DNA from: Squalus acanthias
Taxonomy: Eukaryota
Reading direction: 5' to 3'
NCBI GenBank assembly: GCA_030390025.1
Contig: CM059432.1
Location: 140,432,001 to 140,496,000, forward strand
Length of the DNA stretch: 64,000 bases
Positions 12,701 to 24,259 of this stretch are shown here, in pieces. Made by a program: the position numbers and the translations under genes. Each line of letters begins with the position of its first letter. The first letter of the stretch is position 1. The notes below the pieces were generated by a model. The model had not been told where the DNA came from, did not search any database, and saw only the letters and a program-made list of their open reading frames with translations.

Positions 12701-13290
12701 TATAGAATCATAGATCCATACAGCACACAAGAAGGCCATTCGGCCCATCGTGCCTGTGTTGGCTCTTTGAACGAGCTCTCCAATTCGTCCCACCCCCCCT
12801 GCGCTTTCCCTAAAGCCCTGAAAATGTTTCCTTTTCAAGTATTTATCCAATTCCCTTTTGAAAGTTACTATTGAATCTGTTTCCACCGCCCTTTTTGGCA
12901 GAGCATTCCGAATCATAACAACTCACTGCGTAAAAAATATTTCCCTCTTGGGTTCTTTGCCTTATATCTGTGTCCTCTGGTTACTGACCCTCCTGCCAGT
13001 GGAAACAGTTTATCTTTATTTACTGTATCAAAACCCTTCATAATTTTGAACACCTCTATTAAATCTCCCCATAACCCTTTTTGTTCTAAGGAGAACAACC
13101 CCAGCTTCTGTAGTCTCTCCACATAACTGAAGTCCCTCATCCTTAGGACCATTTTGGTAAATCTCCTCGGCACCCCCTCTAAGGTCTTGCCATCTTTCCT
13201 AAACTGTGGTGTCCAGAATTAGACACAATACTCTAGCAGAGGCCTAACCAATGATTTATAAAGGCTTACCATAAAGGTTGACCATAACCT
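12700..13290 (-). mobile_element. CR1 LINE 3' fragment
   Basis: Translation RRFTKMVLRMRDFSYVERLQKLGLFSLEQ..; LVRPLLEYCV. Confidence 0.85.
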
Positions 13291-13384
13291 ATTAGTTATA
13301 AAAATATTGGAGATGGGAAAAAAGGAGGTTTGACTGGGCGGGTTGGATTTGGTCCTTCGTTCTCTATCATCTGTGGCAATGACA

Positions 13385-13695
13385 GGTTGTACCGTGGTTG
13401 CAGTGTGTGACATCTACAAGATGCACTGCAGCAACTCGCCAAGGCTTCTTCGGCAGCACCCCTCCAAGTCACACACCATCCTGACTTAGAAGTATATCGG
13501 CCGATCCTTCATAGTCACTGGGTCAAAACCCTGGAACTCCCTCCCTAACAGCACTGTGGGAGTACCTTCACCACATGGACTGCAGTGGTTCAAGAAGGCG
13601 GCTCACCACCATCTTCTCAAGGGCAACTAGGGATGGGCAATAAATGCTGGCGTTGCCAGCGACGCCCAGATCCCATAAGCGAATTTTAAAAAAAG
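13385..13695 (+). mobile_element. 3' fragment of the tRNA-headed CR1-group LINE family (internally deleted)
   Basis: Matches the reverse complement of 40811-41190. Confidence 0.8.
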
Positions 13696-14446
13696 TTAGT
13701 CCTTGCCCTATGCCAGTCCCTGCACCGGAATCTCGGAAGCCTATCCTCCATTTGTTTTTGGAGGTGGGAGATCATGTGGTGAAACCTCAAGGAACACATC
13801 CAACCAGATCTGGCAATTAGAGCCATGCCTTCTCTGACACTGGGGACAAGGCCTTGAAGAAATATCTTCTCTTCAGATCTTCTAAAGCAAGCTGGCCTCT
13901 TTGGGAAGGCAACCAATTTCTTCTGATTTGAATAGCATTCCCTAGTAAAGGTTTGAGGCCTTTTTGCAGGCCTCAGCTGGTGTGAGTTCAGCTGAGCTTA
14001 TGGAGGGTGTTATATCCACACAGAAAAACACTTGTATTGGTGTGGTAATAACTATCGACTTTTTATTTCCAGATCCTCTAGAATATTGCATCAATAAATC
14101 ACAACTTAGTGCAAGAGAGAGTGTTCACTCTCATCATGGGGCCATCTAGTGTTCAGTTAACAATATGCAAGTATCATACTGATCACTTTCCTCCCTCTCA
14201 GTGTTACAAGGTGAACATAATCATCTCCAACAATGAGCCTGCTAACAAACATGAAGTAAAGAAATTCAGCAACTGCACAACGTGACAAAAAAAAAACACC
14301 ATAGCACGTTCCTGGTACTACAGAGGAAAATGGTTTATGTTGACAATAAAACCGTGATATAAACCAGGGCACTCATAACAATCTACAATAGCAACGTAGG
14401 AACCGGAGGAGGCCATTCAGCCCCTCGATCCTGTTCCGCCATTCAA

Positions 14447-16366
14447 GAGATTGATTAAGAGGGGGAAAATAGAGTGCGAGAGTAAACTTGCAAGGAACAT
14501 AAAAGCGGACTGTAAAAGCTTCTACAAGTATGTAAAAAGAAAAAGATTAGTGAAGACAAATGTAGGTCCCTTACAGTCAGAAACGGGAGAATTTATAATG
14601 GGGAACAAGGAAATGGCAGAGCAATTAAACAAATACTGTGGTTCTGTCTTCACGGAAGAGGACACAAATAACTTCCCAGAAATGCTAAGGAACCAAGGGT
14701 CTAGTGAGAAGGAGGAATTAAAGGAAATTAGTATTAGTAAAACAATAGTGCTGGAGAAATTAATGGGACTGAAAGCCGATAAATCCCCAGGGCCTGATAA
14801 TCTGCATCCCAGAGTACTAAAAGAGGTAGCCATGGAAATAGTGGATGCATTGGTTGTCATCTTCCAAAATTCTATAGATTATGGAACAGTTCCTGCAGAT
14901 TGGAGGGTGGCAAATGTAACCCCGCTATTTAAAAAAGGAGGCAGAGAGAAAACAGGGTACTACAGACCGGTTAGCCTAACATCGGTAGTAGGGAAAATGC
15001 TGGAGTCAATTATAAAGGATGTGATAACAGGACACTTAGAAAATATCAACGGGATTAGACAAAGTCAACATGGATTTATGAAAGGGAAATCATGTTTGAC
15101 AAACCTACTGGAGTCTTTTGAGGATGTAACTGGTAGAATAGATAAGGGAGAACCAGTGGATGTGGTGTATTTGGATTTTCAGAAGGCCTTTGATAAAGTC
15201 CCACATAAGAGGTTAGTGTGCAAAACTAAAGCACATGGGATTGGGGGTAATATACTGGCATGGATTGAAAATTGGTTAATAGATAGGAAACAGAGAGTAG
15301 GAATAAATGGGTCTTTTTCGGGGTGGCAGGCGGTGACTAGTGGTACCGCAGGGATCAGTGCTTGGGCCCCAGCTATTCACAATATATATCAATGATTTGG
15401 ATGAGGGAACCAAATGTAATATTTCCAAGTTTGCTGATGACATGAAACTAGGTGGGATTGTGAGTTGTGAGGAGGATGCAAAGAGGCTTCAAGGCGAATT
15501 AGACAAGTTGAGTGAGTGGGCAAATACATGGCAGATGCTGTATAACGTGGATAAATGTGAAGTTATCCACTTCGGTAGGAAAAACAGAAAGGCAGAGTAT
15601 TATTTAAATGGTGATAGATTGGGAAATGTTGATGTACAAAGGGACCTGGGTGTCCTTGTACACTAGTCACTGAAAGCAAACATGCAGGTGCAGCAAGCAG
15701 TTAGGAAGGCAAATGGTATGTTGGCCTTCATTGCAAGAGGATTTGAGTACAGGAGCAAGGATGTCTTACTACAGTTATACAGGGCCTTGGTGAGACGACA
15801 CCTGGAGTACTGTGTGCAGTTTTTGTCTCCTTACTTAAGAAAGGATATACTTGCCATAGAGGGAGTGCAGCGAAGGTTCACCAGACTGATTCCTGGGATG
15901 GCAGGACTGTCGTAGGAGGAGAGATTGGGTCGACTAGGCCTGTATTCACTAGAGTTTAGAAGAATGAGAAGGGATCTCATTGAAACGTATAAAATTCTGA
16001 CAGGGCTAGACAGACTGGATGCAGGGAGGATGTTTACCCTGGCTGGGGACTCTGGAACGAGGGGTCACAGTCACAGGATACGGGGTAGGACATTTAGGAC
16101 TGAGATGAGGAGAAATTTCTTCACTCAGAGGGTGGTGAACCTGTGGAATTCTCTACCACAGAAGGCTGTGGAGGCCAAGTCACTGAATATATTTAAGAAG
16201 GAGATAGTTAGATTTCAATACACAAAAGGCATCAAGGGGTATGGGGAGAGAGCGGGAATATGGTATTGAGATAGAGGATCAGCCATGATCATATTGAATG
16301 GCGGAGCAGGCTCGAAGGGCCGAATGGCCGACTCCTGCTCCTATTTTTCTATGTTTCTATGTTTCT
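14447..16366 (+). mobile_element. CR1 LINE ORF2 (reverse transcriptase) fragment, ~1.9 kb, with frameshifts and stops
   Basis: ORFs 14451-15395, 15340-15666, 15682-15915 and 15925-16269: KSPGPDNLHPRVLKE, YRPVSLTSVVGKMLE, QHGF, YLDFQKAFDKVPH, PQGSVLGP, KFADD. (TTTCTATG)n tail. Confidence 0.95.
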
Positions 16367-16630
16367 AATTAGATCATGGCTGATCTGTATCTTAATTCCA
16401 TCTACTTGCCTTGGTTCTATAAACCTTGCCCAACAAAAATCTGTCAGTCTCAGTTTTGAAATTTTCAATTGACCCTCGGCCTCAACAGCTTTTTGGGGAG
16501 TGCGTTCCAGATTTCCACTACCCTTTGTGTGAAGAAGTGCTTCCTGACATCACCCCTGAACGGCCTAGCGCTGATTTTAAGGTTATGCCTCCTTGTTCTG
16601 GACTCCTCCCACGAGAGGAAATAGTTTCTC

Positions 16631-18353
16631 TGGCTGAGATTTTGCCGGCGCTCAGAGTGCGGGTTCGGAGGCAGGTCCACTGTCAAAATTGAAATGATTG
16701 ACAGCGGGTTGGGAACCTGCTCCGACCCGCCTCCATGTAAGTTTCCAAAGTATCGGGTCTGCGATTTCAGAACAGACCCGACACCAAGCGGCGGGGGAGG
16801 CATTTAAGATAGTTAAATGCTTGTTAAACGCTTGTTAACTACTATTTTGCCAGCCTTTTTCTATTTTCCCGTCAGGTATGTAGGTCGGGTTCTCTATGTC
16901 TCCCCATTGCTGTAAATAGGTGACAGCTGCAAAAGTTGTATGAAAGCTACCATTTCACAGCTGGTCACTTTCCAGTGTCAGAAGCTTGAGCCTTCAGGAC
17001 TTGGAAAACATTTTTGAGCTTTATGCAGTTTGGAAGTGTTTGGAGTAAACTCTCTATCCACTGTCACCTCCTTGGAGCAAGCTCTCTCACCATTGACAGA
17101 TCGCTTCTGTCATCTCAACTTCAGCTGCCATCTATTCCAGCAACATCGGTGCTCTTCAAAAAATCTCACCTTGCTCCTCTGAATCCCTCCACGATCAGCC
17201 CCAGCACCAACATCACCAACAACAATACCAACCTTCTCCGCAATCACCCGATGCTGCACAGGACACAGGGCATCAGCACCCGACAACATTGCTGCCCGGG
17301 AGGCCAGCGATGGCATCACCATGGCCAGATTTACTTCACTTGACGCTGTACACTCTGGCTGTCACATAATGCGCCAGGTTGACACCAGCACCATAAAGCA
17401 TCCCTACAATGTCCAAGCCATTCCTTTCAACTCATCAGAATTGGCGGGGGGGGTGGGGGGGGGGGAAGTTATGTCTGAACATTCACTGGAACTCACTAAG
17501 ACACTTCCAAAGGTGAGCACAGATCTGTCCAATAAGGCAAAGTGTTGAAAATAAAGATTTCAATGTTTGACTACACATTAACAGAAATTTTACATGAACA
17601 TTGCATAAGACACCCAAGTGCCTACCCTTGTGTGTTGTTAGTTGGTATGCTTGCACTAGAATGATGGTGATGTGAGGGGCGGCTAGTGAGATGGGGAAGT
17701 GATAATGTAGATAGAGAGGGATGGGTGGAGGTGCAAGGTAAGTTGGTGTGAGTAAGGATGTGCAGGTGTAGGGTAGGGAAGGCAGAGTGATGGGGATGTG
17801 ATGAGGGGCACAGCAGGATGAGGATGAGTGTGGCTTTGCAGTAACATTTCCTAATTTACTGAGGTCATTGAAAGGTTTGCGCCACTGCAGCCTGGTCCTC
17901 CTGCCAACATCCCTGCTTTTGCCCTCCTGTACAATGTGCAACCAGGCTGCGTTGGTGTCCTGGGGAGGTCTCTTCTGCCCTTAGAAGGGAAGAGAACCTC
18001 CCTGCATCCTGTGACTCCCTCCATAAGCATGTGGAGGGAGTCATGGGAGAGCCTGGGTGCAGCCGTGCACCTCTGTGCAGTGTTTGTCAGTGTTTGCAGC
18101 ACCTCAATGCTGTAGGACACTGACAGCAGAACTGTCAAAATCAATTTGGACATGGACCCTTTAAGGAATCCGGCTGATGACGCGTCATCAAATGATGTCA
18201 TGAGACCCGCTTCCTTTTAATTGGCCGTGAACCCTGCAGGGCGGGCTTAACAAGCCCTATTAACGGAAAATCCTTTTGACAGAGCAGCTGCAGCCGCAAC
18301 CCACCAACTACCTCTCCCGTCGTGACCCTGCCTCCGCTGGGAAAATCCAGCCC
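16631..18353. mobile_element. Non-autonomous PIF/Harbinger-type DNA transposon with Myb/SANT-like remnant
   Basis: Imperfect TIRs TGGCTGAGATTTT / AAAATCCAGCCC. Minus strand ~17860-18070 translates across a frameshift as APRLSHDSLHMLMEGV..EVLFP..AAW..RTRLQWRKPFNDL, the Harbinger Myb-like DNA-binding protein signature. Confidence 0.75.
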
Positions 18354-18795
18354 CACCCTATCAACTCCTTTAATCATCTTCAAAACTTAATCTTCTATAC
18401 TCAAGGAATACAAGCCTAGTCTATACAACCTGTCCTCATAATTTAACCCATTCAGCCCTAGATTTAGTGCCAAATGACCCAGTCTTTCCCCAGAAAATGG
18501 GGGTGCAACTGGATTCTGTCCTTTTCTGGCTCCCGATCCGGTGATTCACCAAGATTCTGGCTTGGCTCTGTTCAGAATTTCAAACATAGCCAATAACGCT
18601 GTCAAGAAAACCCCCCCCCAAAAAAAAACTGCAGACAGCAGGATTTGACACGTTGGACCCCCTGTGACACATCTCATTGTCTTGGCTGTGCTCTTGGTGT
18701 GTCTTTGATGTAAGGACACCTTCCCTGAAAGATTGTATCTCTGAAGTTTCTGTGTTTATATACTGTGAAATAGTGTAGATTCACTCATTGTAACT

Positions 18796-18880
18796 TTACC
18801 TGAGGAAGGGGCGACAGCTCCGAAAGCTTGTAATTTTAACTAAATCTGTTGGACTATAACCTGGTGTTGTGCGACTTCTC
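18796..18880 (+). ncRNA. Minimal type I hammerhead ribozyme in a Penelope-like element terminal-repeat remnant
   Basis: TTAC-CTGAGGA-A-GGGGC(GACA)GCTCC-GAAA-GC-TT-GTAA. Core CUGANGA and GAAA, stem II, palindromic stem III AAGCTT, and stem I TTAC/GTAA. Followed by a PLE-like TGTTGGACTATAACCTGGTGTTGT. Confidence 0.7.
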
Positions 18881-19019
18881 AAGAAAGACTGTGGCCATGG
18901 TCAACCACCTCTACTCAATGTGGTCAATTTCGCAAGACTTCGACAAGGAGGCCAATGTGCCCCGTTTGCAGAGCACTCGATTTCACAGCCATTAAAACTA
19001 ACCTTTATGTAATATCATG

Positions 19020-19230
19020 CAGGGGAGTTATCCCCGTGTCCTGGCCAATGTTTATCCCTCAACCAAAATCACTAAAAAACGATTATCTGGACATTATCAC
19101 ATTGCTGTTTGTGGGAGCTTGCTGTGTGCAAATTGGCTGCGACGTTTCCTACATTTCAGAAGTGACTATACTTCAAGAAGTACTTCATTGGCTGTAAAGG
19201 GCTTTGGGCTGTCCAGAGGTCATGAAAGGC
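19020..19230 (+). mobile_element. DeuSINE-like SINE, 3' half
   Basis: Matches 5575-5790. Confidence 0.8.
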
Positions 19231-19235
19231 AAAGG

Positions 19236-19577
19236 TAACCTCCTCCAGCCCTATAACACTCCGAGATCACTGCGTTCCTCCAATTTCGGCCACTTGTGCA
19301 TCCCCGATTTCCATCGCTCCACCATTGGCAGCCGTGCCTTCAGCTGCCTTGGCCCTAAGCTCTGGAATTCCCTCCCTAAACCTCTCCTCCTCTCTACCGC
19401 TCTTTCTCCCCTTTTAAGACGCTCCTTAAAACCTACCTCTTTGACCAAGCTTTCGGTCACCTGTCCTAATATCTCCTTATGTGGATCGGTGTCAAATTTG
19501 TTTGGTAACACTCCTGTGAAGCGCCTTGGGACGTTTTACTACATTAAAGATGCTATATAAATGCAAGTTATTGTTGT
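19236..19577 (+). mobile_element. L2 LINE 3' fragment
   Basis: Translation RAFSCLGPKLWNSLPK; ends ATAAATGCAAGTTATTGTTG. Confidence 0.85.
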
Positions 19578-20429
19578 AAATACAGCAAAATAATATTTGA
19601 TTCAGTAATTGAAAATGCGCAGTGGTGTGTCTTGAAACTGCGGAAAAAAAGAGATACCATCAGACACGTTCCCAGCTAAATTTACCATGGAGTTATGGGA
19701 AAATAACCAGCATAGCAACAGGCTGAGCCACGCAAACCACTGCATGAGAGCATCAAGGAGAGTGAAGCAACTTCAGTCCAGATAAATCAGAGTGAAGCTT
19801 CAAAAAGATGAGTCACTGTGCTGCTGATAACGTTGAGAGATGAATGAATGAATCAGTGGCTGTTATACATCCTGTGCTTCCAGTTAAAGTGAAACAGAAA
19901 ATGAAAACAAAATTTCACACTCTTTCCCAGTCTGAAGATGTGTTGCCTAACGAAATGCCTTCTTAAATAGAGGTATAGCGTTCACAAGCAAGGAAGTTAT
20001 GCTGAAACCTTTATAAATCACAGGTTAGGCCTTAGCTGGAGTATTCTGGACACCACACCTTAGGAAGGATGTCAAGGCCTTGGAGAGGGTGCAGAGGAGA
20101 TTACAGTAATGCCAACTCTCGCAAATTAATCGCGAGACATGAAATTTTAATTCAAAAATTGCCCCCAACTCACGATCTCGCGAGTCAACTGTAAAAAGTC
20201 ATGATTTTCCTTTAGAATTTCTTGCGCCTGCGCAGTTCCAGTCCGGGGTCATGGGTCGCCCGTGGCGGTAATAAAGGCCCCGGCTCCAGCTTTGTCCGAA
20301 AACATCCTCCTCCAGAAACCGGCAGTCGTGCCCAGACATTGGGACACCAGCCACTGTCCACGAGGGCCTTTGGACTGGCTCACCTCCCCTCCGAGTCAGC
20401 GCTGCCCTGGATGACCCGAGCCAGCGCGG

Positions 20430-20950
20430 TCCCAGCCGACTGGCACCGGCCCCAGCCGACTCGCCCCAGTCCCAGCCGACTCGTCCCGGTCCCGGTCCCA
20501 GCCGACTCGCCCCGGCCCCAGCCGACTTGTCCCGGTCCCAGCTGACTCGCCCCGGCCCCAGCCCCCTCGCCCCAGTCCCAGCCCCCTCGCCCCGGCCCCC
20601 TCGCCCCGGCCCCAGCCGACTTGCCCCGGCCCCTCGCCCCGGCCCCCTCGCCCCGGCCCCCTCGCCCCGGCCCCAGCCGACTTGCCCCGGCCCCTCGCCC
20701 CGGCCCCCTCGCCCCGGCCCCTCGCCCCGGCCCCCTTGCCCCGGTCCCAGCCGACTCGCCCCGGCCCCTCGCCCCGGCCCCCTCGCCCCGGTCCCAGCCG
20801 ACTCGCCCCGGCCCCTCGCCCCGGCCCCCTCGCCCCGGCCCCAGCCGACTCGCCCTGGCCCCATCCCCAGCCGACTTGCCCCAGCCGACTCGCCCCGGCC
20901 CCAGCCGACTCGCCCCGGCCCCGGCCCCGGCCCCTCGCCCCGGCCCCTCC
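20430..20950. repeat. Extremely GC-rich minisatellite (CCCCTCGCCCCGG / CCCAGCCGACTCGCCCCGG units)
   Basis: Directly visible tandem array of two related units. The minus strand is rich in GGGGCC/GGGGCG. Confidence 0.95.
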
Positions 20951-21609
20951 TCCTGTGCAGCTTCTTCCCTTTGTTTCTCACCGCTTCCTCGTTGTGAAGT
21001 CCCCAGCTGCCGCTGAGTGACTCGCTGCCGACCGACTGACTGAGCACTTTCCTGGAGTTCCACCCTCTGCACTCCAGACTCCCGCCGACAGTCAGACTTC
21101 TGCTGGAGTGAGGGGCCTTGGTTACTGGCAACAGCCACATCCTCAAAATAATCAGCAGGGCTTCTCTTAGACTGACGCCTTTATTATACGTTATCGCAGT
21201 TCCCATTAACAAGAGATCTCTATTTGGATTGAAAAATCCTGTAAAATCCATGTCAGTTAAGTCAAAGAATTATATATATTTCTGAGTATTGTCTTAATAA
21301 TATACAACTAGTCAATCTCCTGTGGCGTTGCACACAGGGAATCAAGACTAAACCGGGTCTTCAGATGAAGGGTTGTTAGAGGACAGGGAATAAATGAACC
21401 AGGATGACAGAAATAATTCACTCACCACTTTAAGGTTATGCATTCTGTCCTTGTAGTTAGAATCATAGAATCATACAGCACAGAAGGAGGCCATTCGACC
21501 ATCGTGTCTGTGCCGGCTCTTTGGTAGCCACCAAGTAAATGTTAATTAACTGCTACTGTAAACTATTATACACAGCAAGTGTTAACGACATGTAATATGA
21601 TGGTGCACT

Positions 21610-23858
21610 CCTGTATGCCTCAGAGACATGGACCATGTACAGCAGGCACTTCAAAGCACTGGAGAGGTACCACCAACGCTGCCTCCGCAAGATCCTGCAA
21701 ATCCATTGGCAGGATAGGCGCATTGTAGAGTTTCGCAATTATCACGATTCTAATAATATGAGAGAAGCAGGTTCAATTGAACATTTTATTGAACGGAATG
21801 CTGTCTTGAAAATAAAGGGTACAGAAGCCTGTAAAATGGCCGCCGCGCATCGTGGCAGAAGCTTCCAGAGACACAGTGGGCAGACAAGATGGCGTCGAAT
21901 ATACATTCAGTATGAGATCATACCTGGTACAAATTGAAAAGGCAGGATGCAACCCGTTTGCATTTTGGACAATAGCAATGATATAAGTGCTTGAATCGTT
22001 TCATACGCACAGTAAGAATCATTGAACTGGGCCATCGAAAGCCCATCCAGACACATCAATACACAAATACCCCCCCCCGGCTCAACAATGAGAGAGACAT
22101 TGGCGGGTGATTAAGCCAGTATTCGGGGGGCCCCAAAACCAGTTGAGGAGACGATTCATACACACCCTGGCTGGTTCGACAATGAAGAAGGCATTAACGG
22201 ATAGTTGGCCAGTTTCAGGTGATACCGAAACCCGTTAAGAAGATAATCGCCCCATGCTGGGAGGTTTGGGCGCCAAAATCATACAAAGGATACATTTAGA
22301 TTTGAGCGGGAGATAAGGCCGACAAAACAGTATAACTACAGAGGACAAATGTCCATCGGTCTCTTGGCTCTTGGCTCTCTTGACTTTTCGCTCTTCGCCC
22401 TTGTCGTGCGCTGGTTCCTTCAGCGGTGCTGTGCTGGTCGGTTATTCGAGTATTGGGTGGAGTTCAATCAGAACGAGCCACCTCGACACGGCAGGCAGCA
22501 GGGTACACCATCCCGATCATCGGTAAACGGTGTCCGGACCCATCAGGGCAACACAGCGGTGTGTTCCCGAGCGAGGCCCGAGTGACGAGAAGAAAGACGA
22601 GAAGAAAGACGAGAAGAAATTCCACGTGCCGCCACGGTCAGTAAACCCCGACCGCGCCCGAAGATAAACGGCAGAGTCCACCGGTTTGAATTCCACAAAC
22701 TACTTCATGACATCAGGGAGTCTGGCTTACCCTCCGGCTCTTTGAGCGGGTAGCCCGAGCCATCCGCGACGAACTTTACCGGGGCCGTCTCAAGTGGACC
22801 CATTCGCGGCAGCGAGAGTAAACAAGTCGGGTGCAGAAGCCCTTACAGCCACGTGACAGCCAGGCGCTGCAGCAAAACGAGCTGAGAGCCTCATTTTAAG
22901 TTTCCGAAGTGAGCCGAGTGGTGAGCATGTTTCCCGGTCCTACAAATCCAGACGTAGTTTAGGTATATTAAGGGAGGGTGGTTCCTAAGGTTAATGTATA
23001 ATGTGTTCCCCCTTTTACGATGTGTCGTGTGTTCCCCATTTCCATAGACCAAGTTTTATAAACGTGTGTATCCTGGTACTCTCTTTGATCTGCGCCTATG
23101 ACATGTATTTCATTATTTTGGACACCGTGCAATAAAGACATTCATTTCGTGCTATTCAACCAGGTCTATTTGAGTCTTTTCTCTGCATTACTGCTCCTTG
23201 CATCTAAGTCCAGGTGTCAGAACCGTAAGGGCGAGTGGGTCGAACCACTCACAGGTGCTTATTGCAAAAGTCTGGCCGGAGACCAGAGCAAGCAATAGTA
23301 CAGGCAACGAAAGCCTCACCTCGCACCAGTCCGAACCCTTACAGCACCAACGTCAGTGTTCTCGCTCAGGCCAACATCCCCAGCATCGAAGCTTTGACCA
23401 CGCTCGATCAGCTCCGATGGACGGGTCACATCGCCCGCAAGCCCGATACGAGACTCCCAAAACAAGCGCTCTACTTGGAGCTCCGACACGACAAGAGAGC
23501 CCCAGGTGGGCAGAGGAAACGCTTCAAGGGCACCCTCAAAGCCTCCTTGAAAAAGTGCAACATCCCCACCGACACCTGGGAATCCCTGGCCCAAGACCGC
23601 ACAAAGTGGAGGAGAAGCATCCGGGAAGGCGCCGAACACCTCGAGTCTCTTCGCCGGGAGCAAGCGCAAGCCAAGCGCAAGCAACGCAAGGAGCGCACGT
23701 CAATCCAAGCACCCCACCCACTCACCCCTTCAACCATCGTCTGCCCCACCTGTGACAGAGACTGTAGGTCCCGCATTGGACTCATCAGTCACCTGAGAAC
23801 TCATTTTTAATGTGGAAGCAAGTCATCCTCGGTTCCGAGGGACTGTCTAAGAAGAGAA
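21610..23858 (+). mobile_element. RTE-clade LINE 3' fragment, interrupted by a solo LTR
   Basis: YSRHFKALERYHQRCLRKILQIHWQDRR|TNVSVLAQANIPSIEA..CPTCDRDCRSRIGLISHLRTHF. TSD GATGGTGCACT at 21599-21609 and 23859-23869. AAGAAG-type tail. Confidence 0.92.
21724..23343 (+). mobile_element. Solo LTR (1620 bp) of an endogenous retrovirus or LTR retrotransposon
   Basis: TG..CA termini with imperfect inverted ends (TGTAGAGTTTCG / CGAACCCTTACA). 4 bp TSD GCAT/GCAC. Cleanly interrupts the RTE coding sequence. TATAA at 22331 and AATAAA at 23131. No coding capacity. Confidence 0.85.
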
Positions 23859-24259
23859 GATGGTGCACTTCTCTGCAACTCAGAACAAAGGGTAGAATCG
23901 AAATTAGATAAGCTGTTTAAAGAGTTGTCCTAGCAACATACCGTTATGAACTGTTACACAAGAAATGGATACTCCTCATACGCCAACTTAAATGAATAGT
24001 TCTGAGGGCAATAAAACTGTATAAAACAAATAGGTCTGAGGCTCAATTCTCAATATTTCAAGAAAATAATTAAGTAAATATTTACCGCAGTGTTCTGCGC
24101 TTGAAGTTAAACTAATTTCCCTTGGATTAACAGAAGTGACCTTGAGTTCAAATAGTCAGCTGGCATTGTTGGGCTTTGCAACACATTCTCATGTCATGTC
24201 TGTACCACAGCACCAGGTTTGACTGTTCCATTGGGAAAGCCCAGACAGTGAAATATATT

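Larger units (their letters stand above)
14390..18460 (-). mobile_element. Older CR1 3' fragment split into three pieces (14390-14446, 16367-16630, 18354-18460) by nested insertions
   Basis: The pieces rejoin: ..CCGCCATTCAA|ATTAGATCATGG.. and ..ATAGTTTCTC|CACCCTATCAAC... Translation RHNLKISARPFRGDVRKHFFTQRVVEIWNALP. Confidence 0.75.

Noticed and set aside
19932..19960. CTGAAGA..GAAA hammerhead-like core
   Set aside because: Weak stem II, no stem III/UH cleavage triplet and no stem I pairing.
20199..21251. 350 aa Gly/Arg/Pro-rich ORF and overlapping frames
   Set aside because: By-product of the GC minisatellite; open in several frames, with no domain signature.
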